From contig CAWETU010000005.1 in the NCBI GenBank assembly GCA_963812135.1, positions 192,001 to 256,000 on the forward strand: a stretch of DNA of 64,000 nt, read 5' to 3'. This DNA comes from Vulcanimicrobiota bacterium (GTDB lineage Bacteria > Vulcanimicrobiota > Vulcanimicrobiia > Eremiobacterales > Eremiobacteraceae). A program made the translations under genes and the position numbers. Below the pieces are notes generated by a model, which saw only the letters and a program-made list of their open reading frames with translations, searched no databases and was not told the origin of the DNA. Of the stretch, positions 18,218 through 28,051 are shown piece after piece (the first letter of the stretch is position 1; every line of letters begins with the position of its first letter).

Positions 18218-19887
18218 CAGTTGATACGCTTCTCCCGGCCGGCCCATTCCTTGTCGCGCAGCTTGAACTTTTGGACCTTGCCCGTCGACGTCTTCGGCAG
18301 CGGTCCGAACTCCACCGTTTTCGGGGCTTTGAAATGCGCGATCTTCTCGCGACAAAACGCGATGATATCTTCTGAGGTGGCCTTCGCGCCTGGCTTGAGC
18401 GTCACGAATGCCTTTGGAACTTCGCCCCATTTCTCGTCCGGCACGCCGACGACGGCGGCCTCGAGCACCGCGGGGTGGGCGTAGACGGCGCGCTCGACTT
18501 CGATCGTCGAGATGTTCTCGCCACCGCTGATGATGATGTCCTTGGCGCGATCGCGCAGCTCGATGTAGCCGTCAGGATGCATGACGCCGAGGTCGCCCGA
18601 GTGGAACCAGCCGCCGCGAAACGCTTTGTCGGTCGCCGCCTGATCGTTGAAGTAGCCCTTCATGACATTGTTGCCGCGCATGACAACTTCGCCCATGGTC
18701 GACGCGTCAGCGGGCACATCGTTCATCTGGTCGTCCACGACGCGCAATTCGGGCGCGTGGATGAATCCCACGCCTTGGCGCGCCTTGAGCCGCGAACGTT
18801 CTTCGGAATCGCGGTCGTCCCACTTGCTCTGCCACTCGCTCACCGTATGCGGTCCGTACGTCTCCGTCAGGCCGTAGGCGTGGGTGAGGGTGGCTCCCAT
18901 GGACTCGATGCGCGCGATGACAGTCGGCGGCGGAGGTGCGCCCGCAGTCACGATGCGCAACTGCCGCGGGAACTTGTAATCTTTGCTCGGCGGTTCGTTG
19001 GCGATCATGACCAAGACAGTCGGCGCGCCGCACAGATGCGTCACGCCTTCACGCTCGATCAGCTCGAAGATCGCCTTCGCCTCGACCTTCGGCAGCGCGA
19101 TGTGGCGCGCACCGGCCGCCGTCACCGCCCACGTGTAACACCAGCCGTTGCAGTGGAACATCGGCAGCGTCCATAGATAGACGCTTTGTCCGGTGAGCCC
19201 GGCGTGATAGACCTCGCCAAGCGCGTTGAGGTAGGCACCGCGGTGCGTGTACATGACGCCTTTGGGCCGGCCGGTCGTGCCGCTCGTATAGTTGATGGAG
19301 ATCGGATCGTCTTCGTCATCGATCCCGAGATTGAACGGTTCGGGACTACCGCGCGAGATGAACTCCTCATACGTCGCGTTGGAGGGTCGAATAAATTCGA
19401 CCCCTGCGTTGGCCGGTTCGTGGCCGACCCAAATCACGTGCTCGACGTTGGACGCTGCGAGCCCCGGAGCGATGAGCGGCGCGAAATCCGGGTGCGCAAT
19501 GATCGCCTTCGCACCGCAATGCTGGAGGATATAGCCGATCTCATCCGCGCTCAGGCGGATATTGATGGCGACGAGCACCGCGCCGATCTGCGGCACCCCG
19601 AAATGCGCTTCCAGCGCCTCGTCCGAATTGTAGGCGAGCAACGCGACGCGGTCGCCCTTTTCGATGCCGGCGGCGCGCAGCGCGCTGGCCAGCGCATACA
19701 CGCGTCCGCCGACCTGCCCATATGTGTAACGGCGCGCGCCGTCCACCATGCCGTCCTTGTCCGCGAAGACGTGAGCGCTGCGGTCGATGAACGCCAGCGG
19801 CGACAGCAGCGACCGGTTGACGGCCATACCATCCCACTGGTCACGGGACCAGAGCTTTTGAAACGTCGGTCGATCCAGCCCTAACAT
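18217..19887 (-). CDS. Acyl-CoA synthetase (AMP-binding family)
   Basis: YTSGTTGRPKG, PMFHCNGW, YGLTET, FHSGDLG, KTSTGK. Confidence 0.92.
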   Translation of the reverse strand: MLGLDRPTFQKLWSRDQWDGMAVNRSLLSPLAFIDRSAHVFADKDGMVDGARRYTYGQVGGRVYALASALRAAGIEKGDRVALLAYNSDEALEAHFGVPQIGAVLVAINIRLSADEIGYILQHCGAKAIIAHPDFAPLIAPGLAASNVEHVIWVGHEPANAGVEFIRPSNATYEEFISRGSPEPFNLGIDDEDDPISINYTSGTTGRPKGVMYTHRGAYLNALGEVYHAGLTGQSVYLWTLPMFHCNGWCYTWAVTAAGARHIALPKVEAKAIFELIEREGVTHLCGAPTVLVMIANEPPSKDYKFPRQLRIVTAGAPPPPTVIARIESMGATLTHAYGLTETYGPHTVSEWQSKWDDRDSEERSRLKARQGVGFIHAPELRVVDDQMNDVPADASTMGEVVMRGNNVMKGYFNDQAATDKAFRGGWFHSGDLGVMHPDGYIELRDRAKDIIISGGENISTIEVERAVYAHPAVLEAAVVGVPDEKWGEVPKAFVTLKPGAKATSEDIIAFCREKIAHFKAPKTVEFGPLPKTSTGKVQKFKLRDKEWAGREKRIN

Positions 19888-19893
19888 CGCCGC

Positions 19894-21492
19894 CTACATT
19901 TCGAGAGCCGTGATGTTCCGTACTGCTTCGCGCGACGTACGGACGACGATCCAGGCCACGATCAGGCTGCACCAGACCAGTCCCAGCAAAATCGCCGCCG
20001 CGCCGTCCCAGACGCCATGGAGTCCGACGCGTGACGCGGCCAAGAACGCCCCGCACAACGCCAGGACGAGCAGCCCGCTAAGGAAGGGCATTATCATGCG
20101 CACGCCGCGATTGATCGCGTTCGGGTTCTCCCAATCGAAGGACGGGAAGCGCGTGTCGAACTCCACGCCGTAACAGATCGACGCCGCTGACATCAGCAGC
20201 GCGAACACCACCAGCGAAAGCGTCTCCAGCGCCGAGAAACGATATCCGCCTCCCAGCAAAATCGCCGCGATCACCGAGATGAGCGCCGTCTGCCCGTACG
20301 CGCCGCCGATCTTGGCGGTGAAGATCTGCCGCGGCGTGAGCGGTGAGCTGCGCAGCAGCCAGATGCTCGCATGCTCGAGCGAGAGCGCGGTCATGCCCGG
20401 ATTGAGGCTGTCGAGCACGGCGACGAAGCCGATCTGCATCATGGCGAGCTGCACCGTGAGCGGCAGGAGCGGGCTCTCCACTTGGTGGCCGACCAGCAGG
20501 TAGCCGATGAAGCCGAGCGACGTGATGTGGGCAAACCAGAGCTGCGGCGAGCGGATGAAGGCGCTGATGTCTTTCCAGACTACTGCGGCGACCGGGCTCA
20601 GCTTCGGCGGCACGGTGGCGGCAAGCGCGCTGATGCGTTTGCCGGTCGCCGAACGGCTCCAGCCTTCGACGAAGCCTTGCGAGACGATCGCCAGCGCGAT
20701 CGGGCAGGCGATCAACGCGACCAGCGCGATGTAGCCGAGCCAGCCGAATGTGTTGGCGGCATCGCCGGCGCCGCCGAATGCGAGCAGTTTGCCGAGCCAC
20801 GTGCTGGGCAGCCACGCCGGCGCGCTCGGCAGCTTCAGCGACGTGATATCGCCTTCCATGTGCGCGAATCGCGCGAAGTTGAACAGCCAGAATCCGGTCG
20901 GCAAGGCGGCGCCGATCACCCAGAGCATCTCCTTCGCCAATCGCGGCGGGATGAAGCGCAAGGCGATGATCGTGACGGTTGCGAGTCCGGCATAGAGGAT
21001 GGCCGGGAACAGCGCGAGCCCCGCGATCGCGGCGAGATACGCCCACCATGGTGCGCTAAGCGCGAGCAGGTAGCCCGCGACGAACGGCAGCAAGAAGACG
21101 CCGACGTACACTTCGTTTTGCGCCACGCCGAGCATGAATTTCGCGACCACGAGGCTCGAAGCGCGCACCGGCATCACCAGCAAGATGGGCATGTCGGACG
21201 AGAGGTACATGTCGTTGAGCGCTTGGCCGAACGCGATGAAGAGATCGGTGAACAGGTACACCAAGAACGCCCACGCTGCGACGCTGAACAACAGTCCGGT
21301 GGCGTGCGCGGCCGCAAGCGCCCGCACTCCGATAAACGTGCCGCCGAAGATCATGAGCACCAGCACGCTCGAGGCGATGAACGCCACGAGGTAGATCGAG
21401 CGGCTGCTCCAGTCGCGACGCGAGGTGAGCATCCGGAAGCGGATGAGCCGCGTGGTGAGCAGCCAGGTCTCGGCGATCGCGCCGCGCGTCAT
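19894..21492 (-). CDS. Putative ABC exporter permease
   Basis: Multi-TM protein coupled to an ABC ATPase; LSSD, FDWENP motifs. Confidence 0.8.
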   Translation of the reverse strand: MTRGAIAETWLLTTRLIRFRMLTSRRDWSSRSIYLVAFIASSVLVLMIFGGTFIGVRALAAAHATGLLFSVAAWAFLVYLFTDLFIAFGQALNDMYLSSDMPILLVMPVRASSLVVAKFMLGVAQNEVYVGVFLLPFVAGYLLALSAPWWAYLAAIAGLALFPAILYAGLATVTIIALRFIPPRLAKEMLWVIGAALPTGFWLFNFARFAHMEGDITSLKLPSAPAWLPSTWLGKLLAFGGAGDAANTFGWLGYIALVALIACPIALAIVSQGFVEGWSRSATGKRISALAATVPPKLSPVAAVVWKDISAFIRSPQLWFAHITSLGFIGYLLVGHQVESPLLPLTVQLAMMQIGFVAVLDSLNPGMTALSLEHASIWLLRSSPLTPRQIFTAKIGGAYGQTALISVIAAILLGGGYRFSALETLSLVVFALLMSAASICYGVEFDTRFPSFDWENPNAINRGVRMIMPFLSGLLVLALCGAFLAASRVGLHGVWDGAAAILLGLVWCSLIVAWIVVRTSREAVRNITALEM

Positions 21493-22268
21493 ACGCCGGC
21501 CGGTTCGCGAAAAATGTCGGCGATGCGGCGGTCTTCGACGCCGCCGGTGAGATGCAGGAAGACCTCTTCAAGCGTGTCGCGGCCGCGCAGCTCGCGCAGT
21601 TCGGGCACGGTGCCGACTGCGGCGATGCGCCCATGGTCGATGATCGCGACGCGATCGCACAAGCTTTCCGCGATCTCCATGATGTGCGTCGACATCAGCA
21701 CGCCGCCGCCCGCGCGCGTCACCGCGCGCACGATGTCTTTGAACAGGCGCGCGCTCTTTGGATCGAGGCCGACGGTCGGCTCATCGAAGAAATAGATCTT
21801 CGGCTCGTGCAGCAGCGCGGCGCAGAGCGCGACTTTCTGACGCATGCCGTGCGAGAAGCTCTCGAGCAGACCGCCCGCATCAGCGTCGAGCTCGAACAGC
21901 GCGAGCAGCTCGCGGATGCGGCGCTGTTTGCGTTTCGCGTCCATCTCGTAGACGTCGCCGACGAAGTTCAGAAACTCGACCGCGGTGAGCTTGGGATACA
22001 GCGACGGCTCGTCGGGCACGTAGCCGAACAAGCGCTTAGCCTCGACCGGGTGGGTGGTGATGTCGTAGCCGCCGATCGTGGCGCGACCCGAGGTCGGGCG
22101 CAGCAGACCGGTGAGGATCTTGATCGTGGTGGTCTTGCCGGCCCCGTTGGGCCCGAGAAACCCGAAGATCTCGCCCGGCGCGACCGAGAACGAGATGCCA
22201 TCAACGGCAAGCGTATCGCCGTAGCGCTTGGTCAGGCGATCGACGACGACCAACGGGGGGAGAAGCAT
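21489..22268 (-). CDS. ABC transporter ATP-binding protein
   Basis: GPNGAGKTT, FSHGM signature, DEPT, STH. Confidence 0.95.
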   Translation of the reverse strand: MLLPPLVVVDRLTKRYGDTLAVDGISFSVAPGEIFGFLGPNGAGKTTTIKILTGLLRPTSGRATIGGYDITTHPVEAKRLFGYVPDEPSLYPKLTAVEFLNFVGDVYEMDAKRKQRRIRELLALFELDADAGGLLESFSHGMRQKVALCAALLHEPKIYFFDEPTVGLDPKSARLFKDIVRAVTRAGGGVLMSTHIMEIAESLCDRVAIIDHGRIAAVGTVPELRELRGRDTLEEVFLHLTGGVEDRRIADIFREPAGV

Positions 22269-22288
22269 ACTCTTAGATTATCGTCAGT

Positions 22289-23461
22289 CTATTGGGGAGG
22301 CCCATGGGCGGCCGGGTGCGGCGTGGCAATATCGTGGCCGTGGCCGGGCCCCGCGGCGCGTACCACGGGCGGTGCGGGCGTCGTCGGTGGAATGGAAGCC
22401 GCCTCGCCCGATAGCAACTGCTGGATGTAGGCGGCATCCGCCCCAGTGGCCGGCTGCGGCACGCCTTGCTCGAGCAGCATGGGGACGGCGCGCCACGATG
22501 TGACGATCGGTCCATGCAAGCTGATCTCGAGGACGGCGCTGCGGGTCTGGATGCCCGGCTGCGTGTCGAAGATGAAGTTGCCGAGCGAGTACGCGATCAA
22601 GCCCCCATGATATGCTTCAACCGGCCCGAGCACGTGCGGGTGCGCGCCGAGCACGATGCTGGCACCCGCATCGATCGCGGCGTGCGCCAAGCGGATATGA
22701 TCCGCGGTCGGGGTGCTGAGCAGCTCCGTACCCCAATGCTCGTAGACGATCACGATGTCGGCATTCGCGTGCGCCATGCGGATCGCGTGCGCCAGCGTGC
22801 GCAAGTATGCGGCCGTGACGTCGCCGGTCGATGGATCGCGTCCGGGCGCCACGCCGGCCGCGTGCGCCGTCGCGCCATAGCCGCGCGGAATGACTTCGGA
22901 CACGCCGAGCAACGCGAAGCGGACGCCGCGGCGTTCGAAAAAGGCCGGCTGCCACGCGAGCGCTGCGTCGTCACCGGCGCCCGCGGTGGCGATGCCGTTG
23001 TCGTGCAGCGTCTGGAGCGTGTCGTCGAGCGCGTTCTTGCCGTAATCGAGGATGTGATTGTTCGCCAGCGTCAGCGCGGCGAATCCGGCGTGCGCGAGCC
23101 CGGCGGCCGCGGCAGGTGTGCCGCGCAGTAGGAATTCTTTGCGCGCTTTGAGGTCCTTGGCAGACTTCGATTTGGTCGGCTTGCCTCGATCGGAGAGCGG
23201 GCACTCGAGATTGCCGACGATCGCGTCGGCCTGGACGAGGGTCGCGTGGGCCTGCTTGAAGGGCGCGTCAGCCCCATCGGTTTGAACGAGCGAGCTCACC
23301 CGCCAGCCGAGCATGACGTCGCCGACCGCGTCGATCTTGACGTCCGTCGTCGTCGCGCGCGCGTTTGTCGCGGTCGAACTCGTTCGACCGGGATTTGGCG
23401 CAACGGCCGATTGAAAGTTGGTGCTGACGAGCAACGCCAGCACTGCAAACGCAAACTGCAT
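22289..23461 (-). CDS. CapA family metallophosphoesterase-like protein
   Basis: VGDVML, NLECP, LANNHILDYG, HWGTE, GAHPHV, YSLGNF. Confidence 0.9.
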   Translation of the reverse strand: MQFAFAVLALLVSTNFQSAVAPNPGRTSSTATNARATTTDVKIDAVGDVMLGWRVSSLVQTDGADAPFKQAHATLVQADAIVGNLECPLSDRGKPTKSKSAKDLKARKEFLLRGTPAAAAGLAHAGFAALTLANNHILDYGKNALDDTLQTLHDNGIATAGAGDDAALAWQPAFFERRGVRFALLGVSEVIPRGYGATAHAAGVAPGRDPSTGDVTAAYLRTLAHAIRMAHANADIVIVYEHWGTELLSTPTADHIRLAHAAIDAGASIVLGAHPHVLGPVEAYHGGLIAYSLGNFIFDTQPGIQTRSAVLEISLHGPIVTSWRAVPMLLEQGVPQPATGADAAYIQQLLSGEAASIPPTTPAPPVVRAAGPGHGHDIATPHPAAHGPPQ

Positions 23462-23566
23462 GGACGTCTAAGAGTTTCCGTACCAAGCGAGCGGCTCCCG
23501 CAGGGCGAACGGGGGGCCGCTCACTGAATGATACGTTTGAAAGACGAAATCCGATGAATCGTCCCG

Positions 23567-25354
23567 CTAGAGCAGCGAGCCATTGTCGCCGGCCCCCAAA
23601 AGGAACTTGCGCGCGAAGTACAACGGCGGGTCGCCGTGCGACAGCAGCTCGTCGTGGAACTGGCTGAGTTTGTAGTTGCCTGCTTGCTTGGCTTGATAGT
23701 CGGCGCGCAGTTTCAGGATCATCAATTTGCCGAGGGTGTAGTAGCCGTAGAGCGGATCGCCGGTGCCGCGCACCGCCTCGCGGTAGGAGGGCTCGTGGCC
23801 CATATACGCGTTGGCCGTGAAAAACGCGGTCGCCTGGTCGATCGTCATGCCTTGCGTGTGCTCTTTGATGCCGACGATGTACCGGCAGTCGCGCTGCAGC
23901 GCCAGCGCGAGCTGCATCAATCGGTAGCGCGGGTCGCCATTGCCCAGCCCTTCGTCCACCATCATCTGCTCGTCGTAATGCGCCCAGCCTTCGCCGAACG
24001 CGACGTTCCATTCGACCTTGCGGATGAGGCTCAAGTCGTGCGCCTTGTTGTAGAGATAGTTCGTGTAGTGGCCGGGATACGTCTCGTGCAGCGAAATGAC
24101 GAACAGGCCCGGTCGATTGAAGAACTCCAGATGCTGCTTCTTCTCGGCGGCGGTCCAGTTCGGATCCACAACCGTGACGTTGTAATACGCTTCGGTCGCC
24201 TTGGTCTCAAGCGGACCGGGTGAATTCATCGACGCGAAGGACGTCTGCGCCTGGAATTGCGGCGTCTTTCGGACTTTGGCGATCGGCGCCGCCGGCAGAT
24301 CGATGATGTTCTTCGCCTTGATGAAGGCGACCAGCCCGTTCAGGTCAGCCTGCGCGACCGGGATCAGCTCGTCGTTCGTGGGGTGGTCCTGTTTCACGAG
24401 CGCGATGACCTGTTCCGGCGTCTTGGTGCGGTCGATCGCGCGCGCGGTCGCGACGAACGCGGCTTTGTTCTTCGCAAGATCCGCTTCGCCGACGCGCAGC
24501 AGCGTCGCAAGCGGGATGTCGACCATGTTCTGCCACAGCTCGAGCTTCGAATACGCCGCCGGCCCGATGGCGAACGACCCATGAGCCTTTGGCACGACGT
24601 CCGTGCGCAAGAACGCCGCATAGCTTTTCAACGCGTTGATCGCCGCTGCGTTGCTGGCCTCGAACTGTGCGTGGAGGCCCGCGTCTTTGACGCTGCCGAA
24701 CACGCTGCGCACGTCTTGCGCGAAGAAATCGACCGAGCCGTCGGCGTCCAGCGCATCGGTCGTCGCGACGATCTGCGAGATGTCCGCTGGGCGCAGATTC
24801 TTCTCGCCTTGTGCGAGCATCGCCGGGATCAACTTCTCGCGAGCGATCACCAGCTTGAGCCGGTCGGGCAACGGTGCGAACGCTCTCGACATGATGCCGT
24901 AGACGCCGCCTGCCGCAATGTCGGTGTAGTAGCTCGGACGCTCGCGCCACTGGGGACGATCTGCGAGCCAGAACATGTTCGTTTGGATCGAGGCCTCGAG
25001 GATGCGCTGATCGACTTGGCTGTCGAGCGACATACGGGCCGGATCCAAGCGTTGAAGGTCGGACAGCGTCGCGCGCAGGCTCGCGATCTCCGCGTTTATC
25101 GCCTCAGGCGACACCGGATCGAGCAGCGCATCGTACTCGTGCACGCCGGTCGTCGTCGCGTTCGTGGGCGAGAATTTCCATTCGCCTTGGTAGTAACGCT
25201 CGGCGAGCACGGCAAGCGCCGCATCGCCGGCCGCCGGCACCGGCGTCTCCAGCGCCGCGCTCGGCGCGGGGCTTTGTTGATCGTCGCCCAGCGCGACGAG
25301 CGGCAAGCACAGCGCCGCGGCGGCGACCAGCCCGAAAATGAAACGCTTAGACAT
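23567..25354 (-). CDS. DUF885 family secreted protein
   Basis: HETYPGHY, EGWAHY, YYTLGKLMI, FHDELL; signal peptide. Confidence 0.88.
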   Translation of the reverse strand: MSKRFIFGLVAAAALCLPLVALGDDQQSPAPSAALETPVPAAGDAALAVLAERYYQGEWKFSPTNATTTGVHEYDALLDPVSPEAINAEIASLRATLSDLQRLDPARMSLDSQVDQRILEASIQTNMFWLADRPQWRERPSYYTDIAAGGVYGIMSRAFAPLPDRLKLVIAREKLIPAMLAQGEKNLRPADISQIVATTDALDADGSVDFFAQDVRSVFGSVKDAGLHAQFEASNAAAINALKSYAAFLRTDVVPKAHGSFAIGPAAYSKLELWQNMVDIPLATLLRVGEADLAKNKAAFVATARAIDRTKTPEQVIALVKQDHPTNDELIPVAQADLNGLVAFIKAKNIIDLPAAPIAKVRKTPQFQAQTSFASMNSPGPLETKATEAYYNVTVVDPNWTAAEKKQHLEFFNRPGLFVISLHETYPGHYTNYLYNKAHDLSLIRKVEWNVAFGEGWAHYDEQMMVDEGLGNGDPRYRLMQLALALQRDCRYIVGIKEHTQGMTIDQATAFFTANAYMGHEPSYREAVRGTGDPLYGYYTLGKLMILKLRADYQAKQAGNYKLSQFHDELLSHGDPPLYFARKFLLGAGDNGSLL

Positions 25355-26414
25355 GCACCGCTCCTCTCCGCTGCGCCCGTGTCGTGGCGATGATGATATC
25401 CGCGGCGCGACGCACTTGCTCGGCCGTGACGTCGAGATGCGTCACGGCTCGAAACCGTCCGCTGCCGACGATCTGGCTTACGAGCACGCCGGCACCGCGC
25501 CACGCACTCGTGAGATGCGAGGGATCGATGTGCGCCGCATCGCGCACGCCGAATGGGATGATGTTCGTCTTCACGTCGGCCGGATCGAGCTCGAACTCAC
25601 CGCTGGCCGCCAGAGACTGCGCGAACATCTTCGCGTTGGCGTGGTCTTCGTGCAGCCGTTTGGGCCCTTCGCGTAGCGCGATGAGCGCGGCCGCCGCGAT
25701 CACGCCGGCCTGTCGCATGCCGCCACCCGCCATCTTGCGGACCTTGCGCGCGCGGTCGACGAAGGCGCGGCTGCCGGCGACGGCGGAGCCAACCGGCGCG
25801 CCGAGCCCCTTCGAAAAACAGACGTTGACCGAATCGGCGCGTGCGGCGAGCGCCGCAGGCGTGGCGTTCAGCGCGACCGCCGCGTTGAACAGGCGCGCGC
25901 CGTCGAGGTGCAGCGCGATGCCGTGCCGGCGCGCGACCTCTGCGACCGCCTCGGTGTGCGCGACACTGATCGGCCTGCCGCCACCCCGGTTATGGGTGTT
26001 CTCCAGACAGATCAACGTCGTTGGTGGGAAGTGGGCGTCCTGACCGCGGATGGCGCGCTCGACGTCATCGGGGTCGATCTCGCCGCGCCGATTCGGGACC
26101 GTGCGCAACTGAACGCCGCCGAACGCCGTGGCGCTCGCCGACTCATAGTAGAAGACATGAGCCTCATCGCCGACGATCGCTTCGTCGCCGCGCGCGCAAT
26201 GCGCGAGGACGCTCACCAGATTGCCCATGCTGCCGCTGGAGACGAAGAGCGCGGCCTCTTTGCCCAGCACGGCCGCGGTCTCGCGCTCGAGCTGGTTGAC
26301 CGTTGGATCTTCGCCATAGACGTCGTCGCCGACATCCGCCGACGCCATCGCCGCGCGCATCGCGGCCGACGGCTTGGTGACCGTGTCGCTGCGCAGATCG
26401 ATCAGTTGGTCCAT
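25347..26414 (-). CDS. ltaE: Low-specificity L-threonine aldolase
   Basis: IDLRSDTVT, GDDVYGEDPTV, ENTHN, HLDGAR, SKGLGAPVGS. Confidence 0.92.
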   Translation of the reverse strand: MDQLIDLRSDTVTKPSAAMRAAMASADVGDDVYGEDPTVNQLERETAAVLGKEAALFVSSGSMGNLVSVLAHCARGDEAIVGDEAHVFYYESASATAFGGVQLRTVPNRRGEIDPDDVERAIRGQDAHFPPTTLICLENTHNRGGGRPISVAHTEAVAEVARRHGIALHLDGARLFNAAVALNATPAALAARADSVNVCFSKGLGAPVGSAVAGSRAFVDRARKVRKMAGGGMRQAGVIAAAALIALREGPKRLHEDHANAKMFAQSLAASGEFELDPADVKTNIIPFGVRDAAHIDPSHLTSAWRGAGVLVSQIVGSGRFRAVTHLDVTAEQVRRAADIIIATTRAQRRGAVHV

Positions 26415-28051
26415 TCCCACGAATTCCAAAACGTCGTCACCGCGGGCGCCGGCCGGTAGTTGTGCAGCGAGTTCGCCACGAGATCGTTGCGCCGCGTCCA
26501 CCACAAGAATTGGACCGGCACGTCGGCCGCCAGCAGATTTTGAATGCGGTCGTATGCAGCGCGGCGAGTCGGCAAATCGTAGTGCGTCAGGGCGTCGCGC
26601 TCTGCCGCGTCGATGCGCGGATCGCAGATGAACGAATGGTTGAATGCCCCGCGCTGGTTACACGCCCACAGCGCGATGTCATCGGGGTCGAGCCCGCCGA
26701 TCCAGCCCTCGTATGCGACGTCGAACTTGCCCTGCGAAAGGATGCCGCCGGCGTTCTTGTCGGCGTAGTAGATACTGTGCGCGATGCCCTTCACCGAGAG
26801 ATCGACGCCCAACGATCTGAACTGCTGTTGCAGGATCGCGCCGATGCGTTCGCCATCGTTGGCCTCGCGGTCGAACGAGTAGACCAACTCTAAGCGCTTG
26901 CCTCCCTTGGCGCGATAACCGTCAGCCGCTACCTTCCACCCCGCGCGGTCAAGTGCAGCGGCAGCCGCCTTAGGGTCGTAGGCCGGCGCGGGGACGTGCG
27001 GATCGTACGTGTACAGGTAGGCCGGCTGGTCGCCGATCGCGGGATCGGCGGCGTCGTGCATCACCCGGTGGATGATGTAACGGATGTCGATTCCCATCGC
27101 AAGCGCGCGGCGCACGTTGACGTCGTCCAGCGGCGGATGCGTGACGTTGAACGTCAGATAATAAAACTCATTGAACGGCGTATGCAGCAGCGTCGTGTTT
27201 GGAATCGTCGCCAGCGCAGGTAGCTGATTGACCTGCGCATCGCTGTAGAGGTCGGCCTCGCCGGTCTGCATCATGATGGCGCGCGTGTTCGAGTTTGGCA
27301 CGACGAGATAATCGATCTCTCGCAGTTTCGGCGGTCCACGCCAGTAGTGCGAGTTGGCGACGAGCGTGATGCCGACTTGGGGTACGTACGATGAGACCAT
27401 GAACGGGCCGGTGCCGACCGGTTTGTTGTTATAGGCCGCTCGGTTGATGTCGGGCAGCCCTTGGAGCAGGTGCTTGGGCAGCACCGGCATCGGCGCGAGG
27501 CTCGGCGCGAAGAACGTGGCGACCGCCGGCGCGTACGGCTGCTTGAGATGGACGACGACGGTGTGCGGATCGGGAGCGGTCATCGACGCCACCTGATCCC
27601 AGCCGGTGCGGCTCACGACGTTGTTGGCCGGGTTCATGATAGCGCCGAACGTGAAGACGGCGTCGTCGGCGGTGAACGGGGTGCCGTCGTGCCACAGGAC
27701 GCCGCTGCGCAAGTGGTACGTGATGGTCTTGCCGTCAGCGCTGATGCCGCCATTCTCGCGCGTCGGTATCTTCAGCGCGAGATCCGGCTCGAGTTGGCCC
27801 TTGTCGTTGATGAGGAAGAACCAGCCGCCCCAGAACATCGCCGCATCGCTCGAGGCGGCGCTCGACGAAAGCTCGGGGACGAGCGAGTCGATCGTGCCCG
27901 CGCCCACGATGCGCACGGCTCCCGGGTGTGCCGCGCGATGCTCGCCGGGTTGGGTGTTGGACTCGATCTTCGTACAGGCGGCGACAGCAAGGCACAGCGC
28001 GACGAGCGCCAGCCGCTTCAGCGATTGTTGCGTCAGATCGAATACTCCCAT
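26402..28051 (-). CDS. Peptide ABC transporter substrate-binding lipoprotein (family 5)
   Basis: Lipobox AAC; WHDGTPFTADD, PVGTGPF; start uncertain. Confidence 0.9.
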   Translation of the reverse strand: MGVFDLTQQSLKRLALVALCLAVAACTKIESNTQPGEHRAAHPGAVRIVGAGTIDSLVPELSSSAASSDAAMFWGGWFFLINDKGQLEPDLALKIPTRENGGISADGKTITYHLRSGVLWHDGTPFTADDAVFTFGAIMNPANNVVSRTGWDQVASMTAPDPHTVVVHLKQPYAPAVATFFAPSLAPMPVLPKHLLQGLPDINRAAYNNKPVGTGPFMVSSYVPQVGITLVANSHYWRGPPKLREIDYLVVPNSNTRAIMMQTGEADLYSDAQVNQLPALATIPNTTLLHTPFNEFYYLTFNVTHPPLDDVNVRRALAMGIDIRYIIHRVMHDAADPAIGDQPAYLYTYDPHVPAPAYDPKAAAAALDRAGWKVAADGYRAKGGKRLELVYSFDREANDGERIGAILQQQFRSLGVDLSVKGIAHSIYYADKNAGGILSQGKFDVAYEGWIGGLDPDDIALWACNQRGAFNHSFICDPRIDAAERDALTHYDLPTRRAAYDRIQNLLAADVPVQFLWWTRRNDLVANSLHNYRPAPAVTTFWNSWEWTN

